Part shown: positions 40,746 through 52,963 of the stretch, piece by piece
Layout of the letters: every line of letters begins with the position of its first letter
How positions within the stretch are numbered: the first letter of the stretch is position 1
Assembly: GCF_964355755.1 (NCBI RefSeq)
Contig: NC_092675.1
Coordinates: forward strand, 20,432,912 to 20,496,911
From: Antedon mediterranea
Taxonomy: Eukaryota > Animalia > Echinodermata
Reading direction: 5' to 3'
Length of the DNA stretch: 64,000 nt
Made by a program: the position numbers and the translations under genes
The notes under the pieces: model-generated
Seen by the model: only the letters and a program-made list of their open reading frames with translations
Databases searched by the model: none
What the model was told of the DNA's origin: nothing

Positions 40746-41132
40746 ACAGAAGATCCATCAAGATTATGTTAATTCTCATTTTTAGAATCTTGTCAATAGA
40801 GGCAATATTTTCTGTTTACATAATGTAGTCAAAATTTGTAACCTTAAAATCATGATTAATATTTAATAATTAAGTTATAAATCTACAAATAACATTAATT
40901 TAGTCAACTCAAGGTCATAATTTTGGTCAATCAGCATTTCATGTATTGTGTATACAGTACAAAGTTGTTACAGCATTTCATGTAATGTGGTGTATATGAT
41001 AAAGTTATTTTTAGTTGTGTAAATTTTTATTATTTATACAAGTTGACTTTTAAATGCTTTTTTGTCCATAATACTTGTTTTCTTTTTATGTCTAAATGTA
41101 TTGTAAAAATAAGCACTTCTAATATCCTCAGT

Positions 41133-44100
41133 CTACTTTAGTTTGGCAGCTTTCATAGCCTTGCGGGTCTTAGTTGGTTCAGTATCTTGTAATGGTTCCT
41201 TGGTTATGATGCCGGTATACTGGTTACCAAGTAGCTCTACCTGTACCTGTGTACCAATCTCTGTCATGGTAGATGGTAAATATGCGTAACAAATACTCTT
41301 GTTTAAATAGTGACTAAAGCAACCTGATGTGGTATTCCCTACAACCTAAAAAGCGAAAATGTTAGAACCAGTTTACAGAATAGTTTATGACGTTTAAAGA
41401 CCCATTCCTACAATGCGTGTTGGGATTTATAGCGGGCCACATAAATTATTAGAATCTTATTTTCACATTTTAACTATTTAAAGATGAAAAAAGTTATCGC
41501 AATAGGACCATATAGTATTTATTTCTACATCAAATGTAGTTTCTGACCTTAAATTAGATCCAAAAAACGTAGGAAATTTTGCTTAAAATAATTAATAAAT
41601 GACCGATTTGATTTTAATCTACCTTCTTCTTTAACTCACCTCTCCATTTATGCGTATTGTTTCGTTTCCTTCAGGGTCAACGTTGTCCGTATCTACTGTC
41701 AGTAAAACTAACTTCCTCTTTAAGCCTTCTTCCTTGAGTGCTATTAAAGCATCTTTACCAATGAAATCAGCTTCCTGATAAAACATTATTACAATGTAAA
41801 GCTTTGTCTACACCATCAAACTTTATGTGACAAAAAAATGTGATGTGCCCATATATGGACACGATGATGTCATATCATTAAAATAGTTAGGGATATCACT
41901 ACCATATTTAGGTACATCACACTTTTTATGTCGAACTAGTTTGATAGTGTAGACAGAGCTTTAATCGTGGATTTATTACAGTTTAGCATCGTGAGGTAAT
42001 TTCCCGATTGATCGTAATCAAAACGGTACTGTATTGTATGATATTTAGTAATTTAAACAAAGAACTCATATAGCGGCAAATGCTGAAAATAATTGAGTGT
42101 ATAAAAGGCAAAGAGAGAGAAAAAGTCTACATATTATATAGTTTTCCAAGCATACATTTGAGTTTTTTCTAGAATTATTTAACTTTAATTAAATCTACCA
42201 ACCTTTTTTAACTTGATAAATGGTTGCAGACCTGCTTCTAGTGGGTTGTTATCTGTTAACATCTGAACAAAAAAAGAACAATTGTTTGAATTGCTTCACC
42301 ACCTCATATCAACACAGTACTCTTGTTATTTGATTGGCTGATTTTTATATTATGTGCTGTTATTTTCTCTTACTGTAAGTATGCAGTCAGCTTGATATCT
42401 TTGTGCCATGCAATAGGCAGTTACATAAAGATATTACATAGAGATATTTAGTGAACCATAATAACTCTATGATAAAACTAAACAATTGCACCATCTATAA
42501 ATTCTCTGCTTTAATGAGTGATTGAAGGAAGTAGGGTCCCCCCTTGATCTACAGTTACAGAGTATGGTACTTACGCATACTTAAAGATGTATTGTCCCTT
42601 TGTCAAATTCCAAAAAAAAAAACAAACAAAAAAGATTTCGAAAAAAAGTGGCTCATTTTGAAGTATCATAATAGTTGAAAAAAAATCATTTAACTGAAAT
42701 ACAGACGTTTTTTGGTTCAAAAAATAACTTTGACTTCCAGTCAAAGTTTTCTATCAAAACATATCTCATATTATGAAACGCGCTTATTTGGCTACTCTGT
42801 ATGCATAATCATAAACTTCCCTGCGATCTGTGTAAAAACACCTTCTTATCCGTGACGAGTTGTAAACAATCCTAATTAACATCATGCATAATTTATACTC
42901 ATGGTTTCAAATCTTTGTTTACTTTCGCTCGGGATGATTATCCAGACAAAATTAATTTAGCTGTTAATTACGTAAAATTGTTGTTTTTGGCTCGAATTTT
43001 CGACTTAAGGTGAATAACTTTAATATTACTTTGATATGGCCAATTTAAATTTAGAATATTTTGACCTTCATTTTTTTGTGTTTCAAGGGACAATACATCT
43101 TTAAGATAGTGCAAACAGTTATTCAAAATGTAGTGTAGCCTGCAAATGCTTACCTCTGCTCCCCACATCCTAAATCCTTTCTCTAACCTCATCACATTGA
43201 TGGCATACGTTCCAAAATCTCCAATACCAAATGGTTCACCAGCCTTCATCAATGTGTCATACAGTTTCGCTGTGTCTCCTTTATCATGATAGAACTCCCA
43301 TCCAAGTTCACCTAAAAAGAAATAAAAAAAGAAACTTATAGTAAGGTACGATTTTTAATTTTTGAAATGTACAGTATATGTTAATTGACATATTCATATA
43401 AGACACATGTGTTGACAATGATGTTATATCTCTTGTACCTGTATATGATATACGCAGTGCCTTCACTGTGACGTCACCTATCTTAATGCTCTGGCAAGTC
43501 ATAAATTTAAATGCTGCATGACTGACATCGGACTCAGTGACTTTGGCTAGTATATCTCTTGACAGTGGTCCAGCTATACTTAGACAAGCGACATCATCTG
43601 TTACATTCTTAAATTGGACGTCATATTTTCCTGCATAAGCTTTTTCTTCCATCCATCTGAAATAGTTGGAACAAATTTAGTTTATTGCATACATCTTATA
43701 CATTGCATGTTGGAAAAACAGATATGCTTTTAAGTATCATTTGAGATCTGGGTAGTGTTGTGCAATCAGCCATGCATTAGCATTAAGTCAGAATTAAATG
43801 CTGGGCCTTGGGTTTTGAAGGTAGGCAATGTATTTCATTAGCGTCCAACAGCGAGTAACATGTCATTGTCAATGACTATTTTATAATTTATGTTGCTTAT
43901 AAACTAAGTCTCATTAAGAAGGCTTAAGGAGTGAAGTTGAAAGAATGAGTTACAACCCTGGCACTATGTCAGGATTGAACCCTGAACCTTGGGATTGGAA
44001 GGTAAGCACATTAACCAACAAGCTACAGCTACACAATTTAATTAACTTATCTCAATAGCTTATATTATAATAAATGTTTGATAATTTTATTGATCTTTTC

Positions 44101-47100
44101 TACAAATCTATAATGGTCTGAATAGTATTTGGATGGGACACTGCAACTTTGCATGTTACGAAGCGGCTTAGGTTCTACAGATCAGCCACTCTTTAAAATC
44201 TCTATACATATTAAAATTCACAATACCATACAGTACCTCAAATCATGTAGTTCGGAGCCTGATCCTGTGATTACAAAATATTTGTTTTCCTCGCCTCTAG
44301 TGATAGTTAATTCAGCATAAACACGACCTCGCGGGGTTAGCATATGAGCTACATTTACAGAACCAACCTATTACGGTAAAACATTATAGAATTGAAATTA
44401 ATTTTATATGTATCTTATCCTGTATCAAACCTCAAAATTATGAATTTTTTGATTTACCTTTGGAAGAGAATTAGCCACAAGTCTATCCAAAAACTTTGAA
44501 GCATCATTACCACTGATCTCAATTTTAGCAAACGGTGTAAGGTCAATGACTCCTGCTTTTTCCTTGACTAGTTGACATTCTCGTAGAACCGGTTTGTGCC
44601 AGTTTGTTCGTCTAAAACTTGGTTTGTAGCCTGCTTCATCACCCTCAAGTGCAAACCAGTTGGGCTGTTCCCAACCTAAAAAAAATCACATAAAAACAAA
44701 AAATAATTGTACTCCGATGTAATTGTACTGCATACCCAACCTAAAAAATGAACATCATTAGTATAATTCAATTGAAACCACCATTACATCCATCTTAATA
44801 TGATTTAACTATGATAAAAACTACTACCGTACTAGGAAATAGGTTTGTGTCAGGGAATTAAGATCTGCTCTACTCTGAGGCACTTACTGTATTCTCAGGC
44901 TCACTGATGCAAAGTAGTGGTTAATTATATATATCATCAATCATCTTATAATCATGACAAGCCATCATATTCATATTATAGTCTTTGGGTCACTAATTAC
45001 AAGGTAGTTAGATAAGGACATATTAAAGCTCAGGTACAGCCATGAATTTTAAATATAATATCTGGTTAATTGTACATAAATCAAATATTTGTAATAGAAA
45101 TCAAGATGAAAAAACATGAATTTCCCTCAAAATGGTCAAATACAACATTTCTGCTATAAAAACAAGGAAGATATTTTTTTCAGTAGAGGTAGTACCTCTA
45201 CTGAATTTACCTATATTTAGTTATCTCTAATAGAGAATAGAGATTTACTGTGTAATTTGACCTATCCCCCCACTTATTTTCAACAAGCTGGTGTAACACA
45301 AATAAAATCCCATAAATTATGAAACATACGGGAAACTATAGATCGATAATTATTGGAATGTATGATAAATAGAAATGTTTTGCCCACCTCTGGCCTTTAA
45401 ACTTTGTTTATAGCATTGTTCTACTAACCAGCATGAAATCCCATCTCGGCACCTTTACGTCTAAGTGTCTCGTAGACTCCAGAGATCCTCTCTGTAGGCC
45501 TACCACCTGGTCTCTCCTCTTTAGGATAACCTAGAAGGTTGTTTAAACCGTACGATTCACGGGCCTTCTTGAATATAAATTCATTATTGCACCACTTGCC
45601 GTAGCGATTTGGATCGACCTCTATGAGGTCATACGGTGGTTCACCATTCATGATCCAATCAGTGATGTATTTACCAGCCCCACCTGATTGGATGACACCA
45701 TATCTGCCATGAGAAAAAGTAAAATTTTTAAATTTAGTAACTTAGACACATTTTTAGTCATACTTGTTCTGAAGGGTTTTTGCTTTTTATCAAGGAGGTC
45801 AAATGGCAGTCAAACAAGACCATATGACCATAAAGGAAATATGCTATGACCAAGGGTTTGGGAGTGAGCATCGCTTTTCAAACAGTCGTCACAAAATTAA
45901 TAATATTATTTGTCCAGAAGGAAATTCATTTTGACATACAATTGCTCAATGAGTGGAGTTGTGGCTTGGTGGATATAATGCTGGGCTACCACTCCAAGGG
46001 TCCTGGGTTCAAGTACCGTCACATGTCAGGATTTTTTCCAACGACAAAATTACAACTCCAATCCCAATGACTTGTAATAAGACTTTGTTTATGTAGCATC
46101 TTGTGTATATGTTTGTCGTGTGAACCTATGAGGGTCCCTAATGATCAGCAAGACCAGAAAACGTTGTTGGCAACAATGGGGATATAATGCAATATACAGT
46201 AATTACCCAAAACCACACATGACCCAGTAGTTATGGACACCATAGCATGGCCCAAGCAGTGCTTGATTTTCAGGTGAGTAGGTAATTGGTCCAGCAACCA
46301 CTGACTGGATGTCACCTTTGGCTAGCACAGGAACCAGCTCCATGGCACTTTCTAGATTGTCGCTAATTCTATCAAGATCACTTTCATACAATTCACGTCC
46401 AAAATCTGCATTTAAATTAAAATTATTCAAATAGTTAACAAGTTCAGGCAGGTATTCAATTAATTAATTGACTAGGAAAAATAACAAACTCCTTAGGCAA
46501 CTCCCCAAAAACAGTTACTGTACCCTCGAACTCTCCTATTAGGACAACTTTGTTAATTTGCCCTGAAGGTACAGTAGTTGTTCTGAAGGTACTTCATCCA
46601 AAGTGGGGGAGGACGACGTATTTCCCGTGTTTTCTAGAGTGTAAAATCATATACAGTTTTATTAGTTACGCACCCTTACGCGAAGACGATGACCGGCAGT
46701 AACTCTCTCCCTCCCCTGTCTCGTGGCATGTGGCCCTTCTGAATCGCTTGGCTCTGGTGATACACCATAGGCCTAGCCTTCCTAGCTAGGTGCCTCGCAT
46801 TCAAACGCCACGCATAACGTATTTGCTTTCAACACAGCCATTTTAACCCAATAAAAATGTTATTTCGTTAAACAATTAAATTAGACGTTCAAATATTAGT
46901 TTTTAAATTTGCAAATTTAAGTGTAATTTGAATTGTATATTTAAGGTTATAATGTACATTATTTCTAGTCGTTCTTCGTAAACGAGAAAACGGCAACTTT
47001 ATCGTCCTCAAAAAGAATTTCAGGCTAAGCTCCGCCCACTTTATTAAAGCTCATGCATAAAGTATTCATGAGCACCGTCTTATGGCTTCCCGTCATTTTT

Positions 47101-50100
47101 CGTAAAGTCCCTGAACCCTGGATTATATTACAAAATGTAATTCATACCCGGTGGAACACCTTCAGTGATCCAATCATCTTGTAACCTCATCTTATGTTCA
47201 GTTTCATAAGGACCAACAAGCAGACCAGTCCGCTCTTGTCTTAGGTAGTAGGAGCCATCCAGATCTCGGATTACTGGCAGCTCTTTCTTCAATGCTTTAA
47301 CCTCTGGAATCGTAGAGGTTACTACGTATTGATGATGAATGGGAACTAGCGGAATATCTACACCAGCCATCTTTCCAATTTCAGTTCCCCAAAAACCTAC
47401 AAAACATTTATACTCAATTAAAAATTCACAGTATTTTACACATTTTTTAGAACTGGTTTTTACAACTTTTAAATTCATAACAGTTCGTTCATTCATTCAT
47501 CAGTGGAAAATTACTTCCATTTATTGTCATTTGCATATAAAATATACACAAAAACAGGTAAATAAAAAACTAACAAAATCAATTACAAAGTGTTGTATCA
47601 CTCTCTTACGGTATACTGAAAAGCATTCAGTGCCCGAACAGCAAGTGGGATAAAAGCTGTTATGAAACCTATTTGTACGAGAGAGTAAGTAAGAGGGTAA
47701 GTTTTAATAACCTGTAGCATTGATGACCCGCTTGGCGTTGATGGTACCATGTTCTGTCTCAACATCCCATCCTCCATCTGCCCGCTGAGTAGTAGCCGTC
47801 ACTGGACAATGTTGATACAAGTCCGCTCCATACTTTCTAGCTCCAATTGCTAAAGCTTGTGTCAGTGAATAAGGATCAATATGACCATCATTGGGATTGA
47901 AAAGACCCAATAAAACCTAAAAAAAGACAAAGATATCCATTATTTGAGATCAATCAAAGAAATGATATATTTTTTTTAGGAATTAAAAAATTCAAAAGGG
48001 GATATCAAATGTTATATTACATCGATATAAAGGCAATATCTGTTAGCTAAAATGATTCTGTAGTCCGTAGGCCCAGAGTTACTCTACTCCATCTTACCTT
48101 AGTGAAGTAATTAAAAATCTATGATTACTTTATATAAAAATATTCATCAAGTACTTAACAAATGAATTCGCAGCACATTTTGTACAAGAGTCATTTCTAT
48201 CAATTCTTCATCTGATAGATATAAACCTATTCGAAGTCACCATTTTAGAGCAAAGTGTACAATGGGCCAGATGGCATCCATTAAGACTCATGCAATTGTT
48301 GTCTTTGCATATTTTTAAACGAAAAAGTTTCCTCTCAGGGGGTTACAAATAATGTGCATGCCACCCACCACTCTTTACCTTTAGGTATTGCCATGACAAC
48401 ACACATTCATTGTACAAGGACAAATCTTCAAACATTTTCGAAAGATAACACAACATATGGCATGTCAAAAATCATATCTTTAAATCACAGTTGTTTTGTA
48501 AGAATACATTTTGATTTCTTAGACACACCATACATTTAACACCGGGCACTACAGTATTATTTATTCAAAAAACTTACAGTTTACAGGTGGGTGTTAGACC
48601 TTACAATAATGGGTGGGAAACATTAGCTCACTTCCACCCAACACAATTACATCCATGAGTACCTTGTCCATATTTAGCAGTGGATGTATTTCTGGGATTT
48701 CCTCTGGTGTTAGGAGCCATTGCGGTGCCTTCTGCCAAGCCTGTCTTTGCATCTGGTAGTGAAACTCATCACAACGCTCTGGAGTGGAGGCTATCCTTAA
48801 ACTTCCAGGTGTGTGGAACCCCACCTCCTGTCATCAAAATTAGAAGAAATAAAAGTTGTTAAAATGTATAAGAATAGAAACCTTAATATAGTAGATTTGC
48901 ATTGCAACATTTGTAGCTATTGTGAATTTAAAATGCATGCCCTTGGGTGAAAGTTCACCAATACAAAAATTCTTAGCAGGAGCAATGATGCATGGTGACA
49001 TGACTGGTTGGCGAATGCATGGGGTATTAAATGCATGTTTAAACCTTCAACCACATTTGTATTGACAATGCTCGGTGACCTTTGCTGAAAAGCAATTTGG
49101 AATCACTTTAAATTGCACTAAGTTACATAGACCTGATTCTGCGCAATACATGATCTGTTGTTAAACTGTAAAGCTCTGTCTACACTATCTAACTAGTTTG
49201 ACAAATATGGTAGTTATAAGTTTTGGTAGTGATATGACATCATCATGTCCAAATATGGGCACATCACATTTTTTTGTCACATAAAGTTTGATAGTGTAGA
49301 CAGAGCCTAAACCATATAATCTGAATCCTTAAGAAATTAAATTAGGGATGAGAATACTATCTTATGTGCATTGATCTAATATTGGGTCATACTGGGTCAT
49401 ACTGTACAATGTCAGACCAATAAGAATAGCCCTCTTTATTCAAACAATTTAAAAGTGAAATTGTTCTGATTATGGGAGTATCTTTCCATACGTGTTTGAT
49501 GCAAAAATGACCGGTGTGGTAATGTTTAGTGCTTCACAACATTAGGCTCTATATAAATCCAGGATATTATTATTATTATTATTACTATTGATAACTAAAT
49601 CATACCTGTCCTGTCTCTTCTTGTAATTCTGAGAACAACCGTATACTGTAATGGTGAATATTTTTCAAATTAATACCTGGATGATAGTATGTTGCAAGAC
49701 CAGCCTAGAAAAAAAAAACATGCTATCTGAAAGGCATATACAGTAATTAAAATAAACTAGATAATAAATTCAATGACATAAATCTCTTAACCACCATGAA
49801 CAAGATTGGTAAAATTATGATGACAGTACATGTCTATATGTCTTGCATTTTTGTGAGGGTCCCTCATTTTCAGCTTCCTCTGGACTGACCACCCTCGTAC
49901 AACATTGTTGAAAAAAATAAAATAAATACAAAACTAGAACTTCTGGATTTTTAATAAACACTGTAGGTAGGCATTAAATAGAACAGACAATGTTCATTAC
50001 ATTGCAAGATTTGAAAGCATTTGCATTTTGTTATGGCTTATCATAGATCTTACAGCATGCCAGGTTGAACCTGCAGTGAGCTCAGTCTTCTCCAAGAGCA

Positions 50101-51030
50101 CTACATCCTTCATGCCTGCTTTAGCCAGATGATATGCAGTGCTGACTCCAACACAACCTCCTCCTATCACAACAACCTCAGCTGTGTCTTTTAAGCGTTT
50201 GTTTAGAGGCTTTGTTGTTTTCTTATCACTACTGCAAAGATCAAGACATCATAGAAAAGGTAAGAAACTAACATTAGTCATTGTAAATCATAAAAAGTAT
50301 TAATTTATTAATTAATATTAGCTTATCATGGCCATGTTATGTCTATGGTATTTTAGTCATTTTATTTTTTATGTATAACAACAAGTGTGAACAGAGTACT
50401 CTCAGGATTGTAGCTCTCCAACACTCTAAACCACAAACAAAAAGTAACTGTACATATAATATACACATACAGTAACATATAACCACAAACGCACAGTGAG
50501 AATAGTATTTTTATGCTATCAAAAAGTACTTAATTTAATGAAATGATTTTTTCATTTCATTTCATTTATTTCGTCTCACATACTTATAACAAAAAATAAC
50601 AAACAATAGAGAGACAGGATTCCCAAAAGCGAACTAAATCAAACTATCAAGTGGGTCTCCAAAGCAAAACATAATCATCCGACAATAAAATACAAAATTA
50701 CAACATTAAAAACAACGTGAAGATTAAAAAATGGGGTGTAATGGGGTGTAGGAAAACACTGCTGTTGTACCATATCTTACACAGGGGTGTCATATCCTAA
50801 TTGAAAAGAAGGATATGTCTAATACAGTAAATAGGGAGGGACCGACCGGTGTTAGGATGGTCAATTCCTTAAACTACTACTTAAGATGACCTGATGTATG
50901 GGCTTTGGTTTACTCTCAATTACCTTTGTGTTGTGTACTTGACTGATTGAGTAGAAGACGTTAAAGGCCAAATGCGATGACTTTGACCTAATCTTGAAAG
51001 ACTTCTTACTCGTGACATAGTCCCTGCCAT
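41133..51030 (-). CDS. DMGDH: Mitochondrial dimethylglycine dehydrogenase
   Basis: Exons 51030-50924 (Arg/Ser-rich transit peptide [21 protein letters not shown]), 50231-50054 ([11 protein letters not shown] motif, [10 protein letters not shown]), 49704-49606, 48827-48663, 47916-47712, 47396-47148, 46405-46207, 45703-45429, 44675-44458, 44367-44237, 43656-43439, 43311-43154, 42262-42203, 41774-41640, 41345-41133. [42 protein letters not shown] and VVGNTTSG fit DMGDH better than SARDH. Confidence 0.93.
41395..41586. mobile_element. Short derivative of the element at 10888-11521
   Basis: Shared GGGATTTATAGCGGGCC...AAAAAAGTTATCGCAATAGGACCATATAGT...AAAAACGTAGG. Confidence 0.75.
41798..41962. mobile_element. 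MITE family A copy
   Basis: Same TIRs. Confidence 0.85.
42580..43103. mobile_element. TTAA-flanked non-autonomous transposon related to family C
   Basis: TTAAAGATGTATTGTCCCTT ... AAGGGACAATACATCTTTAA. Confidence 0.8.
45950..46150 (+). mobile_element. tRNA-derived SINE family 2
   Basis: A-box-like GTGGCTTGGTGG and B-box GGGTTCAAGT; inverted homolog at ~55000-55165. Confidence 0.65.
49171..49308. mobile_element. MITE family A copy
   Basis: Same TIRs. Confidence 0.85.
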
Positions 51031-51638
51031 ATTGAAGCTTCAATTCTATAAAAAAACATATTGGTATGTGTTCATTGTATAAGTGTAAAATAACATCATG
51101 TAAGTACTGTATTATCATTTGCTTCTGTACCTTGAATTTAAGGTTGATTTTGTAGCAATACTCCGGTCACTCCGGGTATAAATTGTCTTATGTTTATTGA
51201 CAATAACCCCACTTAAAAGCATTAAACAAGTGGTGCTACATGTTATGTTATGTTTCATGTTTTAAGATAGGAATATTTTACCAATTTTCAATGACTTACA
51301 AATGCATTGCTAGCATGTAACTATTCTTATAAAAAAGTATTTTCCTGTGTAAAATATTCATTTATAAATTATATACTTTTGTAAAAAATGCCTAAAAATA
51401 TGTTATTTTATGTTATTATAATGTGTAGGTAATGTATTTAATACAAAATCTGGGGCTACCCTTTAAAAGTGTGACTCTTGCAATAAAGGATGACCAACTT
51501 ATAAAGTAGATGTGCAACAATACAAACTAAACCAGTTGTGATAACTCTGGTGATTACAACAAATTATAAGTGTTTTTTAAACAACTATACTAGCCTAGTA
51601 TTAGTAATACAGTAATAATTTAATAATAGTTACATCAG

Positions 51639-51983
51639 TGTATATGTTATGCGCGATTTGCCCAATTTAAAATTGCGCGAAGAATTTATGTTGTGTATTA
51701 TACACATGTTATCTTCGCATTTATTATGTTTCATTTTGAGTTATTAGTTTCGAATAAATTATTATTGTTAACCGATCGTCGACGTTTAGCACGCATTCTG
51801 GTAGAATTCTGCTGCGCAATTTGACAATTTTACAAATTGTGCAGCGAAATTTGAAATTGCGCAAGGATTTTCTTGCGCAATTTGAAATTGCGCAAGAATT
51901 CTTTGCGCAATTTCAAATTGCGCAAGGAATTTTTTGCGCAACCTCAAATTACGCAAATCGTTCAAATCGCGCATAACATATAC
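51639..51983. mobile_element. TIR element containing an array of TTGCGCAA palindromes
   Basis: Termini TGTATATGTTATGCGCGATTTG / CAAATCGCGCATAACATATACA; six TTGCGCAA copies at 15-16 bp spacing (51857-51941). Confidence 0.75.
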
Positions 51984-52329
51984 AATAGTAGACAAGTTAA
52001 TTAAAGGTATACAATATAGATCATTTCGAGTTTGCAAGGCCAATGACATATTTATTAATAATAATTATATTGGCAGAAGCAATAATCTCCACCCACCAGA
52101 CCACCACCATCAATCATTCCACGCGTGCGCCCAGCCACCCATCTTCCACTTCCATCTATATATATTCTATATCTTGGTTTAGCCATACTCCATGGTTTAG
52201 CATAATGACTGCAGGTCAGTCAAGCCAATACTGTATTTTACTCTAATTAGTATTAAAATATGTCTACACGTAGGCCTACTACTAGGCTCTACATAACATT
52301 TTGAAATAGCTAGGCTAAGCTTATAGTTT

Positions 52330-52963
52330 TACCTCTACCTAATCCAGGGACGTAAATCTCTGCTCTGCATACAGATGCTATATTTTTGATCAATGGTTTA
52401 CTACTGGTTCATTCCAGTTCTTTTTCACTTCGTGGTTGTGTTGTTGTTTTGTTTTTCTTTCGACCTCGAAACTGAGGTCATATTGCATGGTTCAGTGATC
52501 ATGAAATAAAAAGTAAACCCTAAAATGTTGAAAGATTTTAAAAATTTATAATTTAAACCGTTTAGTAGTGGGTCGACTCCAGCAGTTTATATTTGTTATG
52601 TAAACAGGCCTATAAGCATACATTATTTTTGAGTGGTTTCAGTTGCTGACAAGAAGAAGAACAGCCCCGCCCATGTCGCGCCTTTCTTTTTGTTTACTTG
52701 TACCACACTACGCACATGTCTCACACTGATATACTGCCCCCTATAATACTAATCACACGGCAAAAAGATCGGACTCATGGGGAATACGCGTTGTTCGGAG
52801 TAGTGGTTGTTCGGACTACCCAGTAATTTTTCTAGGCTGCTCTTTTGGCCACACTACTCGACGACATCGACAATCAACCCAGCGGATAGATAGGCTCGCG
52901 CGCGGCGACATACGATCTGAAACACAGTTCAGATCGGGTAGTAGAGGAGCCATTTGGACAAAG
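52330..52963. promoter_or_regulatory. Putative bidirectional promoter region of DMGDH and ABCD3
   Basis: Head-to-head genes, raised CpG content, GC box GCCCCGCCC at ~52664, YY1-like AAGATGGC over the ABCD3 ATG, and a minus-strand splice donor at ~52332 suggesting a DMGDH 5'UTR exon. Confidence 0.5.

Noticed and set aside
41133-41150. Peroxisomal PTS1 on DMGDH (...AAKLK*)
   Set aside because: AKL is followed by Lys before the stop, so it is not terminal, and a mitochondrial presequence exon is present.
45950-46030. tRNA gene
   Set aside because: A/B boxes are present but there is no cloverleaf; it continues into a dispersed SINE body.
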